Below, piece by piece: positions 9,075 through 19,122 of a stretch of 64,000 bases of DNA. The notes beneath the pieces were generated by a model that saw only the letters and a program-made list of their open reading frames with translations, did not search any database and was not told the DNA's origin. How positions within the stretch are numbered: the stretch's first letter is position 1; the number at the start of each line of letters is the position of its first letter. The position numbers and the translations under genes were made by a program. The stretch comes from Euryarchaeota archaeon UBA242 (GTDB taxonomy: Archaea; Thermoplasmatota; Poseidoniia; Poseidoniales; Poseidoniaceae): positions 4,045-68,044 of the forward strand of contig DAJY01000098.1 in NCBI GenBank assembly GCA_002499015.1, given 5' to 3'.

Positions 9075-10514
9075 TTATCCCACCAACGCCTCGCTAATAC
9101 GCATTATTGGGCCACCATCTCCAACCGGAACAGTTTGCCCTTTGCCACAGAAACCAGGTGCTGCTAACTTTGCATCCCTAGTTAATCCGTTTACATTTTG
9201 TAAAATCTCTAATGTTAATCCACTAACGCTAACATCTTTCAAAGGTGTTGTCAGTTCACCGTTTTCGATTAGCCACGCTTCCTGTGCTGCGAATTGGAAT
9301 GAACCTTTACCAGTATCAACCTGACCGCCACGAGAACCACAGGCATAGATTCCATAATCAATATCTTCCATTAAATCATCAATGGTATCGTGATTACCAC
9401 CCATTATCATGGTATTTGACATTCTGACAAGTGGGTGATGCAGGCCATCTTGGGCACGAGCACCTCCATTTGGTTGTATACCGAAATGTGCCGCTGTCTC
9501 CCTATGGTTGAGATATTCGGTTAGAACGCCATTGGTAATCAATCTCTTGGCCCTAGTATTTACTCCCTCATCGTCTATTGGATAAGCGCCGTATCCACCT
9601 CTCATAGTTGGGTCATCTACAACTGTAACAATATCTGACCCAATCTTCTGACCCAATTTACCATCCAGACAGGAGTCTCCTGCTGCGACTAAATCTGCTT
9701 CGCATGGGTGGCCAAGTGCCTCGTGAATGTATACGCCAGTAAGATCACGGTCTGCAATTAGTGGCATTTTTCCTGAAGGTGCACGTTTTGCTTTCAACAA
9801 TCTTAGTGCTGCAACCATTGCATCGTTACCGAGTTGACCTAAGTCACAAGATTCGATTAATTCTAGGCCTCCTTCGCCTCCATATCTTGTTCTATAGGAA
9901 ACTACTTCGCTATCATCTCTTGCAGTAACCATACCTCTTACCAATGAACGTTGGAAAGACCAAACCCTATCCATGCCCTCACTAGTCAATAGTTCGGTGT
10001 GGATATGTTCATCGGACCACCCACAAGTGGTTGAAACTACTTTCTCGTGATCACTTGCACTATCAGCGATATTCTTCAACATATCTATTTTAGTTGAAAG
10101 ATCAGTATTTCTGATATCCTTTTTTGGCCGCCAGTGAATCTCATCTTGGAAAATTGGTATTTCGGCCAACTGTACTGGTTTGTCAGAACTTGACCTGCGC
10201 TTTGCAACCGCCTTTGCCAATCGAACAGTAGATTCAATTTGCTCAGGTAATGATGCTATGTCAGTAGTTGAATGAACTCCCCATGCACCATCTGCAAGAA
10301 TTCTGAGAGTTACGCCTACTTCTTGACCTGGAATCGCATTTTCCAAAATTCCATCTCTTAGATTTACACTTGAACCAGTCTCTGCAACCAATCTTACTTC
10401 TGCATAACTTGCACCGAAATCAACAGCCTGTTGTAGAGCATTACCAATCTTTCTTTGGTCTAAATAACGGCCTGTAGTAATTTCGGAGTTTGATGGACTA
10501 GAACTAATCACCAT
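9075..10514 (-). CDS. tldD: TldD family metalloprotease (peptidase U62)
   Basis: 479 aa. HExxxH motif in VYIHEALGHPCEADL. C-terminal GFCGKGQTVPVGDGGPIMRI characteristic of TldD. Its stop abuts the pmbA start. Confidence 0.85.
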   Translation of the reverse strand: MVISSSPSNSEITTGRYLDQRKIGNALQQAVDFGASYAEVRLVAETGSSVNLRDGILENAIPGQEVGVTLRILADGAWGVHSTTDIASLPEQIESTVRLAKAVAKRRSSSDKPVQLAEIPIFQDEIHWRPKKDIRNTDLSTKIDMLKNIADSASDHEKVVSTTCGWSDEHIHTELLTSEGMDRVWSFQRSLVRGMVTARDDSEVVSYRTRYGGEGGLELIESCDLGQLGNDAMVAALRLLKAKRAPSGKMPLIADRDLTGVYIHEALGHPCEADLVAAGDSCLDGKLGQKIGSDIVTVVDDPTMRGGYGAYPIDDEGVNTRAKRLITNGVLTEYLNHRETAAHFGIQPNGGARAQDGLHHPLVRMSNTMIMGGNHDTIDDLMEDIDYGIYACGSRGGQVDTGKGSFQFAAQEAWLIENGELTTPLKDVSVSGLTLEILQNVNGLTRDAKLAAPGFCGKGQTVPVGDGGPIMRISEALVG

Positions 10515-10588
10515 AGACTTAGGTAAGGGCCCGCAGTGCTTGAACTCTCTTATTGAAAGATTAGAACTTATTTATCCAGAAATGACGA

Positions 10589-11155
10589 TTATGCTGAAAA
10601 ATCAGCGGATAAAATATGCCCCACTAATCCTTGCTGAAGATTGTCCAGAGGAATCCCTTCGGTCATCAATCCTAATTTTTTGGCCCCCGCAGGAGAGAAT
10701 GTTGGCACCTCATCGGCATATTGTAATCCAAGATTTGAAAGTAATTTACGGCAATCGGATTCAAATTGACTATCAATGACCTCATCACAACCTGAGGGCT
10801 GCAAGCCTGCAACCCCCTGTTGTGTCAATATCGGTTTTGGTAAATATAAAATCCACCCTGATGTAACTCCATCTTGAATGCCAGCCCTAGAAAATGCCTC
10901 ACTAACGTGATGCGTCCCCGCAAGATATCGCAAGAATTCTGCATCCCTCCCTCTGGCGAGTTGATTGCCATTAGCAAAATTCCTTTCACAACAATTCCAA
11001 GCTGTCCAAAGTTGCTGCTCAAATTGAACTGCATGTTGAGCTACCAACATCCATCTTTCATCAAATCTGTTTTCAAGGAACTTACCAATCAAGTGTTTTG
11101 AAGTAACTGGTTTGTCACTTCGCCATGCAACGCAAGGAAACTTAGGCATTGTCAT
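10589..11155 (-). CDS. Hypothetical protein
   Basis: 188-aa ORF with good codon continuity and no motif I can assign. The overlapping small + strand ORFs 10540..10779 and 10874..11101 are probably spurious. Confidence 0.4.
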   Translation of the reverse strand: MTMPKFPCVAWRSDKPVTSKHLIGKFLENRFDERWMLVAQHAVQFEQQLWTAWNCCERNFANGNQLARGRDAEFLRYLAGTHHVSEAFSRAGIQDGVTSGWILYLPKPILTQQGVAGLQPSGCDEVIDSQFESDCRKLLSNLGLQYADEVPTFSPAGAKKLGLMTEGIPLDNLQQGLVGHILSADFSA

Positions 11156-11194
11156 CGTTACGAGGCAGGAGCGCTTCTATTTTCAATCAACCGC

Positions 11195-13786
11195 TTAATT
11201 CTCCCCATCTAGTGGGATATCGTCATCTCGTAATTGTTCAGACTCGAGAAACTTTAAGTTGCCTTTATCAGCATTTTCACGTTTGATGTATTTACCGACT
11301 TCAATAAGCAAATTATCAACGATTTTTGGCCCCCAGCCGCGTTTACTAGACAGGGTTGAAATCTCTTTATGATTCATAGCTGCCAAACTTTTGACGCTTC
11401 TATAGCCCAACGCTGCGAGTTCTCTAGCTCTTCTCCTACCAATTGAACGGAGATTTACCAATTGCAGTAGATCCTTCTTACAACCGTGTCTAACTCTTTG
11501 TTTGATGATATCAATTTGAGTGGATAATTTTGCGATGTGCTCCATATGTTCTTCAGAAAAAACATCATCTGCCATTAGAATTGCTTGCGCACCTGACATT
11601 AGCCAACTGATGATATCAACTCGATAATTTACATCACCTGGGGTAACTTCTAATGTTGCTTCGATTTCTCTTAGCGTATTCTCATCCATCCACATTTCCA
11701 GCATCCATGAAGATTTTACATAACCGAGTAATCTCTCTTCATATGATGAATCGTGCAATAATTCATCTTCAACAGAATTTGTTTTGACCCATAGCGGTGA
11801 ACCCGGGGCCATATCCTTTGACTTAGCCCATAGTGAAGAAAAATCTGGAGTTGCGGTTGCAAGATGCAATAAACCAAAATCAGTAACAGGGGCATTATCT
11901 CTTACTAAACGACGTATTGCTCTCCTCAAGCCATGCCTTAGAATAGATGCTGAGAGTGGGTCCAAATAGAATTGAGTGACTCGTTCCCCCATTATCGTCG
12001 CTTCATATTTCATCGCTAAATCATCAGTGGATTTTTCTGCTTTCCATCCACCCACACTTCTTAGATCTGCAGCATTAGAAAAACCAAGAGTTGCACCAGT
12101 GTGTGCTGAACTCCGATTCATATACGATTGTTCAGAATAACTTTCTGTTTCAAATTTGAATTCAACACCTCCTGTTGAATCTGCTATTTTTGCCCACGCC
12201 GGCATATCTGTTTCTGAATCAGAACTCTCATCGGCTTGTTGCTTGCTATCATGGCTCAGCGAGAAATGTTCATCAATTCCATCCTTTCTTATAAATCGCT
12301 CATCTATAAGCCATTTTAACATCTTATCAAGGCGTTCTTCAAGCACCCCTGATGAGATACAATGACCTAAGAAAGTAGCCTTGAAAAAATCAAAAATTGA
12401 CGAACGATGTTGCATTCCACCCGATGTTATCATCGACAATAAATGCATCCTCATCGCCGGTTCACTGGCTAGTTTAGAAGTAATATCTTCAATCGGACCA
12501 AAGAAGTATTTATCACTGACTTCATCTGCTAATTCCCAACCATCTGTCCCTTTACAGAGAATCCATGCTTCTCCAAAATCATCGTATCTTGGCCTTCCAG
12601 CACGTCCTAGCATTTGCCGCATTTCCATTACCGGAAGAGGCCTGCTCATTCCATCATCCCAGCGTTTTATATCTCTAACAAGTACCCTTCTCGCAGGTAA
12701 ATTCACTCCTGCTGCAAGAGTCGGTGTCGCTGTCAAGGCAACTAACAATCCTTGCTTGAATGCTGACTCAACTTCTTTTCTTTGATTATGTGTTAACCCA
12801 GCATGATGAAACGCAACACCCCCTGAGATTGATTCACATAGCGACTCACCCATTGTAGATTGGGCATTCCTTGATAGTTTCGCGGCTAATTCTTGCAATT
12901 TAGCCAGGCGTTCTGGATCTTGTTTGGCCAGAACTTTTTTGACCCTCTTCGCAAGAGAGTGAGCTTCAGATTGGGCAGAACGACGAGTTCCGACGAAAAC
13001 GAGTAATTGTCCATCTTGAGCAAGTGAATCAATTACGATCGCTCCGGCTGGATGTGACTTTGGACCTTCGAGATCTCTGGGCGGATTCAATTTTGCTATC
13101 TCTTCACCAATTTGCGATGATTGGACCATTCTAGGTTCTATGTGTAAATCGTGAAAAGTAGAGTACTCGAGTGCTACTGGCCTCCAATCAGATTGTACTA
13201 ATGTGGCATCTAACCATTCTGCCAACTCCTTACAATTACCAACGGTTGCGGAGAGAGCGATCAATTGTGACTCCGGCCTTAGATACCTAAGCCTAGTCAA
13301 ATTTATTTCTAAGGTTGGACCTCTAGATGAATCGTTCATAAGATGGAACTCATCGGCGATTACAATAGAAACATTTGCAACGACATCTGAATTTGAACGC
13401 ATGATTGAATCCAGTTTTTCCGATGTGCAGACTAGAATATCACATGTATCTGTGTTTGCAACTTCACGTACCGAATCACCGATTCCAAGACCGATTTTTA
13501 AACCGAGATGGTCACCCAGCTCCTTTAATTCTTCGTATTTCTCGCTGGCTAGTGCCTTCAATGGTACAATATATACTGCTTTTGAACCGATATCATCAAC
13601 TAACAATTTCCGTAAAATCGCAATGTAAGCAACTAGAGACTTACCACTTGCAGTTGGTATTGCCAATAATATATTAGATCCTGAAAGCACTGCAGGCATA
13701 GCCTCTGATTGTGGCGGATGTAATTTCTTAATCCCCCATACATCAGTAAAAAACTTCTTTGCATTATCGGGCAAATCTAAAGACAT
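11195..13786 (-). CDS. hel308: Hel308/Ski2-like superfamily 2 DNA helicase
   Basis: SF2 motifs I (AIPTASGKSLVAY), II (VIADEFH), III (LSATVGN), IV (HHAGL) and VI (QMLGRAGRP). The characteristic N-terminus is MSLDLPDNAKKFFTDVWGIKKLHPPQSEA. The ORF track extends to 13837 (880 aa), but the Met at 13786 matches the Hel308 family N-terminus and avoids overlap with the divergent gene. A roughly 90-aa acidic/Ser-rich insertion lies in the winged-helix region. Confidence 0.85.
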   Translation of the reverse strand: MSLDLPDNAKKFFTDVWGIKKLHPPQSEAMPAVLSGSNILLAIPTASGKSLVAYIAILRKLLVDDIGSKAVYIVPLKALASEKYEELKELGDHLGLKIGLGIGDSVREVANTDTCDILVCTSEKLDSIMRSNSDVVANVSIVIADEFHLMNDSSRGPTLEINLTRLRYLRPESQLIALSATVGNCKELAEWLDATLVQSDWRPVALEYSTFHDLHIEPRMVQSSQIGEEIAKLNPPRDLEGPKSHPAGAIVIDSLAQDGQLLVFVGTRRSAQSEAHSLAKRVKKVLAKQDPERLAKLQELAAKLSRNAQSTMGESLCESISGGVAFHHAGLTHNQRKEVESAFKQGLLVALTATPTLAAGVNLPARRVLVRDIKRWDDGMSRPLPVMEMRQMLGRAGRPRYDDFGEAWILCKGTDGWELADEVSDKYFFGPIEDITSKLASEPAMRMHLLSMITSGGMQHRSSIFDFFKATFLGHCISSGVLEERLDKMLKWLIDERFIRKDGIDEHFSLSHDSKQQADESSDSETDMPAWAKIADSTGGVEFKFETESYSEQSYMNRSSAHTGATLGFSNAADLRSVGGWKAEKSTDDLAMKYEATIMGERVTQFYLDPLSASILRHGLRRAIRRLVRDNAPVTDFGLLHLATATPDFSSLWAKSKDMAPGSPLWVKTNSVEDELLHDSSYEERLLGYVKSSWMLEMWMDENTLREIEATLEVTPGDVNYRVDIISWLMSGAQAILMADDVFSEEHMEHIAKLSTQIDIIKQRVRHGCKKDLLQLVNLRSIGRRRARELAALGYRSVKSLAAMNHKEISTLSSKRGWGPKIVDNLLIEVGKYIKRENADKGNLKFLESEQLRDDDIPLDGEN

Positions 13787-13862
13787 CACCTCACTATGTT
13801 GCGCCGACATAAAGTCACATACTCGCCAACAGTCCAAAAGGAGCGCGCCTATTCATTTTGCT

Positions 13863-13876
13863 ATAAATTTAATAAT
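13863..13876 (+). promoter_or_regulatory. TATA-box-like element (TATAAATTTAATAA) about 30-40 nt upstream of the probable start (13904) of the divergent membrane-protein gene
   Basis: An AT-rich TATA-like sequence sits at the position expected for an archaeal promoter driving a short-leader transcript. It lies in the 117-bp divergent intergenic region shared with hel308. Confidence 0.3.
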
Positions 13877-13903
13877 TCGCCATCAATAATCTTGGAAGTT
13901 TTG

Positions 13904-14572
13904 ATGAAAACTCTCCCATCACATGCGGTATCCCTAATACCCACCGCTAACGGTGCCTATTTCATGAGAGATGATGTTGAGTCGATTGTGGAAGAGCGTC
14001 TTTCAGTATTTGATGACGAACCTGACTTGAACGATTGGTTCGAAGTAATGTGCGGTGCAGCGATGGCCGTGCTAGGAATTTTCCATTTGATTAGCCCCGG
14101 AAATCTGGTTGATCCTGACGTTATGCGCTGGTTTGCAGCGGCCGTCGTTGCCGCCGGTGCTGTTTGGGCTGGTCATGGTTTGAAAGATATGGCTGTTAAA
14201 GAAATACGCCGTTCAATCGCAATACTAGAAGTTGCGCCTGCCAGTTCAGGTGTAAACCATGGATTAATTCGTGATGTTCTCCTAAACCCAGATGCATACA
14301 AGGAATTCCTTGTTGAAGCATATAGTTCAGCATGGGAAGATGGAATAATTACCGAAGAAGAATTAGCAGAATTAAAATCATTCCAACAAGCTTTGGGTAT
14401 CACTGATGCCGAAGCAGCAGAAATGAACGTTAAGGCAGCCATTAAATCGGCTGCAAAAGATGGAAAAATCACTAAAAAAGAATCGGAGTCTATCAAGAAG
14501 GCAGCAAAAGAATCGAAACTAGAAGAATCTGATATCGAGAAAGCGATCGATGAAGCACTAGAAAAGAAGTGA
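13904..14572 (+). CDS. Membrane protein with two N-terminal TM helices and a TerB-like/helical acidic C-terminal domain (hypothetical)
   Basis: The ORF track gives 13796..14572. The internal Met at 13904 (MKTLPSHAVS) is the more likely start because it has a TATA-like box upstream and no overlap with hel308. TM helices AAMAVLGIFHLIS and WFAAAVVAAGAVWAG. Lys/Glu-rich helical C-terminus. Confidence 0.45.
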   Translation: MKTLPSHAVSLIPTANGAYFMRDDVESIVEERLSVFDDEPDLNDWFEVMCGAAMAVLGIFHLISPGNLVDPDVMRWFAAAVVAAGAVWAGHGLKDMAVKEIRRSIAILEVAPASSGVNHGLIRDVLLNPDAYKEFLVEAYSSAWEDGIITEEELAELKSFQQALGITDAEAAEMNVKAAIKSAAKDGKITKKESESIKKAAKESKLEESDIEKAIDEALEKK

Positions 14573-14576
14573 TTCA

Positions 14577-16616
14577 TCAATTCCATTTGGATTGCGTAAA
14601 TATTGTTTCCGCTAGTTCGATTGCACCCTTGTACCTCACATACTCAATTCGTGTTGCTACTAGGCATAAGACAAAACCAAGTACTGCAATTAATACCGAA
14701 TTGTCCATCAATCCACCTGCATTCCGTACCAATTTAGCATCCGGAATATCTGCGAGGTCAAATCCTTGTGATTCTGTGAATCTAACATCCAACAAATCCA
14801 ATTCACAATCACATAATGTGACAGAAATTCTTTCTGGGAATAATGCAGACTGTAATTTGGACCACTCGCCTTGTGAAATAAATGAGGGTCTAGTACCCCA
14901 AGCAGGTACTGAAACCGCCCCGGTTGAACTCGTTCCAACCATGTCAACTTCAAGATGGAAGATGGATGACGATGGTTCCTCGTCAACCACCATCAATGCT
15001 TCCAAAATTAGAAGGTCCAATAATAACGAACGCCCAGCGAGTAGGATGAATTTCACAGTCTGTTGTTCTAGCATTCCTTGATCGGTGGTTTGTGCACCAC
15101 CTTCTGCGACTTGCGAAAATATGGCCTTATCTATTCTGAATGACTGTAATTCGGGAATCAATAATTGGTATCTTCCATCGGGTAGTGGATATGCTTTTTC
15201 AACATTTAATCTCAGTTTGAACGTCTCACCATCTAACATACCCCAAGTAGAACCAGTATGCTCAACCAAGGTTTGCTGTGGAACTCCAGGATAAGATACA
15301 TCCCATAATTGTTGTAATCTCATATCTATCATTTCATCAAATGAAATTTCATCTTCGAGTTGAACCTCGTCTGCTAATGCCCATATTGGACTAATTATAC
15401 CACCAAAAAGCAGGAGTATAACACCGGGTGTAAAGAGTCCGAAACGAACTGTTGCTGATGTTGTTAAGCGTAGTGCTCCGAAGCCAAAACCGAGAAAAGA
15501 TAGAATGCTTAGCATCAATAACGGGCTACTAGTTCTTTGCAGATTTATTGCCGTTACAGAGTCATCGATTATTGCAGAACCTGCAGGGAAATAGGACTCA
15601 CTTTCAAAACCATTAGGATCTATTGGCCCCATTCCTTCGAATCCTAATAATCCAGCCCAAGAATATGATTGAAATGCGCCTGCCTTACCACCGAAGCATA
15701 GATTGTATTGACCTACTGGTAATGCCCTCCAGCGATATGAAATTCTAGTTTCCTCCTCATCCTCTTCAAATATTATTTCTGGTTGTCCAGATAGCCTCCC
15801 ATTTGGTGTTATTAAATCTGGTAAACCATGAGACTGTTCAATTTCAATTGGCACTGGTTGCCAAATAATAATCACTTTCAACAATTCATGTTCTTCGATT
15901 TCAAATGTCCAACAATCTCTATCATTTTCAACCAATGCACCATAATGCACAGTTTCAAATTCATCTTCTATTGGATTAGAATCACTTGATGGCTCATCAC
16001 TATTTGCTTCTTCGATATTTTGTGACCATGGAATTGTCAATTCTAACAATGAATTACCCCAAAGATGTAGTTCCCAGGTACTTGGCCTATCGATTGTAAA
16101 TGTCAGTCTTAAGCGCACATTTTGCCCTGCCCACAGCAACCTTTCATTTTGTAAATCAAGTACTTCATCATTTATTCTATAGGGTTCATTAGCGGTTTGA
16201 GAAGGAATGTTCTGAGCAGGAAAATTCCAATCCGTGACACTATTTCCGATGATTAAAGAGACATCTAATTCTGGTCGAGTCCAACCTGTTAGATCTTCTC
16301 TCAAACGTAAATCAATTACCATTTCATCCAAAATATCTGGCAGTAATGCTAATTCTATTTGTCTCGGTTCCATTTCAAATTCCAAAGTTACTTTCTTTGA
16401 TTGTCCTGGAGTTGTCACCACATCTTGAGATATCATTTCTTCACCTGTTGCTGCAGTAGATGATAATGAACAATTCTCAATATCATCACAGGCTAAAAAC
16501 AAGTTCCCCCCATTTGTACTGTCGGTTAATCCTGCTGAAGAGATTGGAATCATAGATGAAAGCAGAACGCAGAGAAATAATATTGTCAACGAAGTTGACC
16601 TAGACTCCGCTCTCAT
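14577..16616 (-). CDS. Large secreted/membrane-anchored hypothetical protein
   Basis: 679 aa. N-terminal signal peptide (MRAESRSTSLTILFLCVLLSSMIPISSAG). Internal cluster of TM helices and a C-terminal TM helix. No catalytic motif recognised. Confidence 0.5.
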   Translation of the reverse strand: MRAESRSTSLTILFLCVLLSSMIPISSAGLTDSTNGGNLFLACDDIENCSLSSTAATGEEMISQDVVTTPGQSKKVTLEFEMEPRQIELALLPDILDEMVIDLRLREDLTGWTRPELDVSLIIGNSVTDWNFPAQNIPSQTANEPYRINDEVLDLQNERLLWAGQNVRLRLTFTIDRPSTWELHLWGNSLLELTIPWSQNIEEANSDEPSSDSNPIEDEFETVHYGALVENDRDCWTFEIEEHELLKVIIIWQPVPIEIEQSHGLPDLITPNGRLSGQPEIIFEEDEEETRISYRWRALPVGQYNLCFGGKAGAFQSYSWAGLLGFEGMGPIDPNGFESESYFPAGSAIIDDSVTAINLQRTSSPLLMLSILSFLGFGFGALRLTTSATVRFGLFTPGVILLLFGGIISPIWALADEVQLEDEISFDEMIDMRLQQLWDVSYPGVPQQTLVEHTGSTWGMLDGETFKLRLNVEKAYPLPDGRYQLLIPELQSFRIDKAIFSQVAEGGAQTTDQGMLEQQTVKFILLAGRSLLLDLLILEALMVVDEEPSSSIFHLEVDMVGTSSTGAVSVPAWGTRPSFISQGEWSKLQSALFPERISVTLCDCELDLLDVRFTESQGFDLADIPDAKLVRNAGGLMDNSVLIAVLGFVLCLVATRIEYVRYKGAIELAETIFTQSKWN

Positions 16617-16677
16617 AGTACTTGCTGATAGACTTCTGCTTTGAATTAGCCGATTATTTGCGTAAAAAGTAAACTGC

Positions 16678-17217
16678 TCATTCTGGTTGCACTTTCTTAT
16701 CGATTAATATTGTACAACAATGTCTGCATTTGTATTTTCTATTGCCTCGTTTTTGCCGAGGATATGATTTTTCACAAGTTTTGCAAACCCAAAGCCATTT
16801 CGCATTTGCTAATCTCAATGATTCTGTGAAATTTGGCCCATCTAACTCATTAGTAGTGCCTGGCCATGAATTTTCTAAGGCTCTGAAAATAGAATTATGC
16901 GCTCTCCAGCCAAGTGCGTGAATATATTCATGATGCAAGACAAATGCTGCATATGCTTTCCATTCATCCTTCAATAAAGATGGATGAAGATCTATCACTT
17001 CCACATCAAAAACGGTCAGTTGATTGAGATTGACGCCCCTTTTCCATCTTGTAACCCCATGTCTTTGAGTTGCATTTCTTCTCAACACACCGAGTGGTAT
17101 TTCGGCCAACTTTTCAACATCTTCATTCTGCCATGCTGGCATGTCTTTCATTATGTGTATGACATCATCCCGCAACTGCAACAAAGCAGCATAAGCAATG
17201 CCATTTGCTTTGGCCAA
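16678..17217 (-). CDS. SprT-like zinc metallopeptidase domain protein with C-terminal zinc ribbon
   Basis: 179 aa. HExxH in FVLHHEYIHALGW. C-terminal CKTCEKS...CRHCC zinc-ribbon-like cysteines, consistent with the SprT-like family. Confidence 0.5.
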   Translation of the reverse strand: MAKANGIAYAALLQLRDDVIHIMKDMPAWQNEDVEKLAEIPLGVLRRNATQRHGVTRWKRGVNLNQLTVFDVEVIDLHPSLLKDEWKAYAAFVLHHEYIHALGWRAHNSIFRALENSWPGTTNELDGPNFTESLRLANAKWLWVCKTCEKSYPRQKRGNRKYKCRHCCTILIDKKVQPE

Positions 17218-17226
17218 GTCATCACC

Positions 17227-17694
17227 TCAATTCCAACGATGATAAGCAGGATGGCCTTCTTTTACTGCCACGAATAACCCGCTACCTGTAGCACAGACCT
17301 TGCCATTCGCCTCTAACAATAATTCGATTTCAGCCCTGTCATCTTTTAATTCCTTTACCTGACTTGTAATTACCAATTCACAATCTTTTGGCGTAGGGCG
17401 GCGTAAATTTACAGAATATGAAGCTGTTACAGTACATGGAGGCTCTTTCAATCCTTGGGCCTCCATAATGGCAATTGCAGCAGTCCAATTACCATGGCAA
17501 TCTAACAGTGTGCCGATGATTCCACCATTTATCATACCTGGGAATGCCTGATGGTGTTCTTCTGGAGTGAAATTTAGCGTCAATCCGTTGTCAATACGAT
17601 GGCTATCAATCTTCAAACCCTTGTCATTTGCAGGCCCACAGCCAAAGCAAATTGACTTGGCAGCATATTGACGTTGCACTCCGACTCCGCTCAT
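17227..17694 (-). CDS. Hotdog-fold thioesterase (PaaI-like)
   Basis: 155 aa. The size and sequence pattern (GGIIGTLLDCHGNWTAAIAIM...) are typical of PaaI/4HBT-like thioesterases. Confidence 0.5.
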   Translation of the reverse strand: MSGVGVQRQYAAKSICFGCGPANDKGLKIDSHRIDNGLTLNFTPEEHHQAFPGMINGGIIGTLLDCHGNWTAAIAIMEAQGLKEPPCTVTASYSVNLRRPTPKDCELVITSQVKELKDDRAEIELLLEANGKVCATGSGLFVAVKEGHPAYHRWN

Positions 17695-17770
17695 GTTGGT
17701 GGCTTATGCTCAAAGTCTATGTTTGCTTTGGTGATTCATCCCGAAGAAGCGTAGTATTGATGGCCAATGA

Positions 17771-19111
17771 ATGAAAGGACTGTTCATGGGTGACAAGGAG
17801 AAGGCCAAGAAGACCAAAGTTCGCGTCGCCTTGGAAATACCCAAAATACGCAGAATGGCCATCGAAGAAGCAATGTCAACCCATGAGCCCGAAGCACATC
17901 CAGAGTGGGATAGAGGGGCTGAATGGAATGATGTACGATTCTACAGAAAGCGCGTTAAACCCGGAACATTAAGAACAATTAAATTACCTCTATTAGAAGT
18001 CCAATTGGGTGAATCTTGGCCAATTCCTGTAACGATATTACATGGCATCCGTCCAGGTCCTACTGTTACTATTCTCGGAGCGATTCATGGCGATGAATTA
18101 ACTGGCCCAAGCGCATGCACTCATCTATTGAGCAATGCTTTTACCGATATTGGTAAGGCACTAGATCCAACACATTTGGCAGGAACTATTCGAATCGTTC
18201 CAGTGGTTAACCTTCCTGGATATCGTGAAAAATCTAGATACTTTCCGGATGGAAGAGATTTGAACCGTCAATTCCCTGGAGATTTTAAAGGAGCCACTAC
18301 AAGAAGGGTTTCTGCTCAAATATCACGCCATTTAATTGAAGGTTCTGATGCGATAATAGACCTACATAGCGCTGCAAAGGGCAGAGATAATATGCCACAA
18401 ATAAGGGCCGACCTAGCCCATGTAGGCTCAAACTTACTTGCAAAGTCTTTCGGTATTGAAATAATTTTGGACTCGAAACCACCAAAAGGTTCTCTACGTA
18501 AACTTGCAAACTCCATGGATATTCCTTCAATTACCTATGAAGCTGGTGGTGCAGATTTATTAGACCATGAATCTGTCAAAGTTGCAATACATGGTGTACT
18601 AAATTCTCTAAGGATTATGAAAATGATTCCGGGCAAGCCAAATAGACCAAAATTCAGAGTTTTAGCTTCCGGTTCGAGTTGGATCCGTGCTGGGGAGGGT
18701 GGATTGCTTGATATGTTTGTTAGTGCAGGGACATTGATGAAAAACGGAGAAGTTATCGCCAGTATTACCGATCCGGCAACACCGGGATTGACCGTTGATG
18801 TCGTCGCACCTGAAGACGGTTTAGTAATTGGCGCAGCAACAAATCCTTTTACCTCAGCAGGAATGCCAGTAGGTCATTTTTTGCCAATCTCTAAACATCT
18901 AAAATTATTAGAACAACAAATAGATGAAAATGGCCGATTCATCACATGTGGATCGCAAGGAGAACCATCTTGGAGAGAAGAATCCGATGTTGATGAATTC
19001 GCACTGGAAGGCGAATGGAGTGATGAAGGTGTTGATTCAGAATGGACTTCTTCAAAAATAGACGATGATGTTGATACCGATGGAATCGGTGATAGTGAAG
19101 AAGATAATTGA
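17771..19111 (+). CDS. Succinylglutamate desuccinylase/aspartoacylase (AstE/AspA, M14-like) family deacylase
   Basis: 446 aa. Signature TILGAIHGDELTG and conserved downstream His/Glu positions. Acidic C-terminal tail (DDDVDTDGIGDSEEDN). Confidence 0.75.
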   Translation: MKGLFMGDKEKAKKTKVRVALEIPKIRRMAIEEAMSTHEPEAHPEWDRGAEWNDVRFYRKRVKPGTLRTIKLPLLEVQLGESWPIPVTILHGIRPGPTVTILGAIHGDELTGPSACTHLLSNAFTDIGKALDPTHLAGTIRIVPVVNLPGYREKSRYFPDGRDLNRQFPGDFKGATTRRVSAQISRHLIEGSDAIIDLHSAAKGRDNMPQIRADLAHVGSNLLAKSFGIEIILDSKPPKGSLRKLANSMDIPSITYEAGGADLLDHESVKVAIHGVLNSLRIMKMIPGKPNRPKFRVLASGSSWIRAGEGGLLDMFVSAGTLMKNGEVIASITDPATPGLTVDVVAPEDGLVIGAATNPFTSAGMPVGHFLPISKHLKLLEQQIDENGRFITCGSQGEPSWREESDVDEFALEGEWSDEGVDSEWTSSKIDDDVDTDGIGDSEEDN

Positions 19112-19122
19112 ATTTATCATCT

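Noticed and set aside
11950-12270. Possible intein in Hel308, given the extra length (880 vs about 720 aa).
   Set aside because: The insert is acidic and Ser-rich low complexity without intein block A/B/F/G hallmarks (no N-terminal Cys/Ser nucleophile, no C-terminal HN plus Cys/Ser/Thr). It is better explained as a disordered loop insertion.
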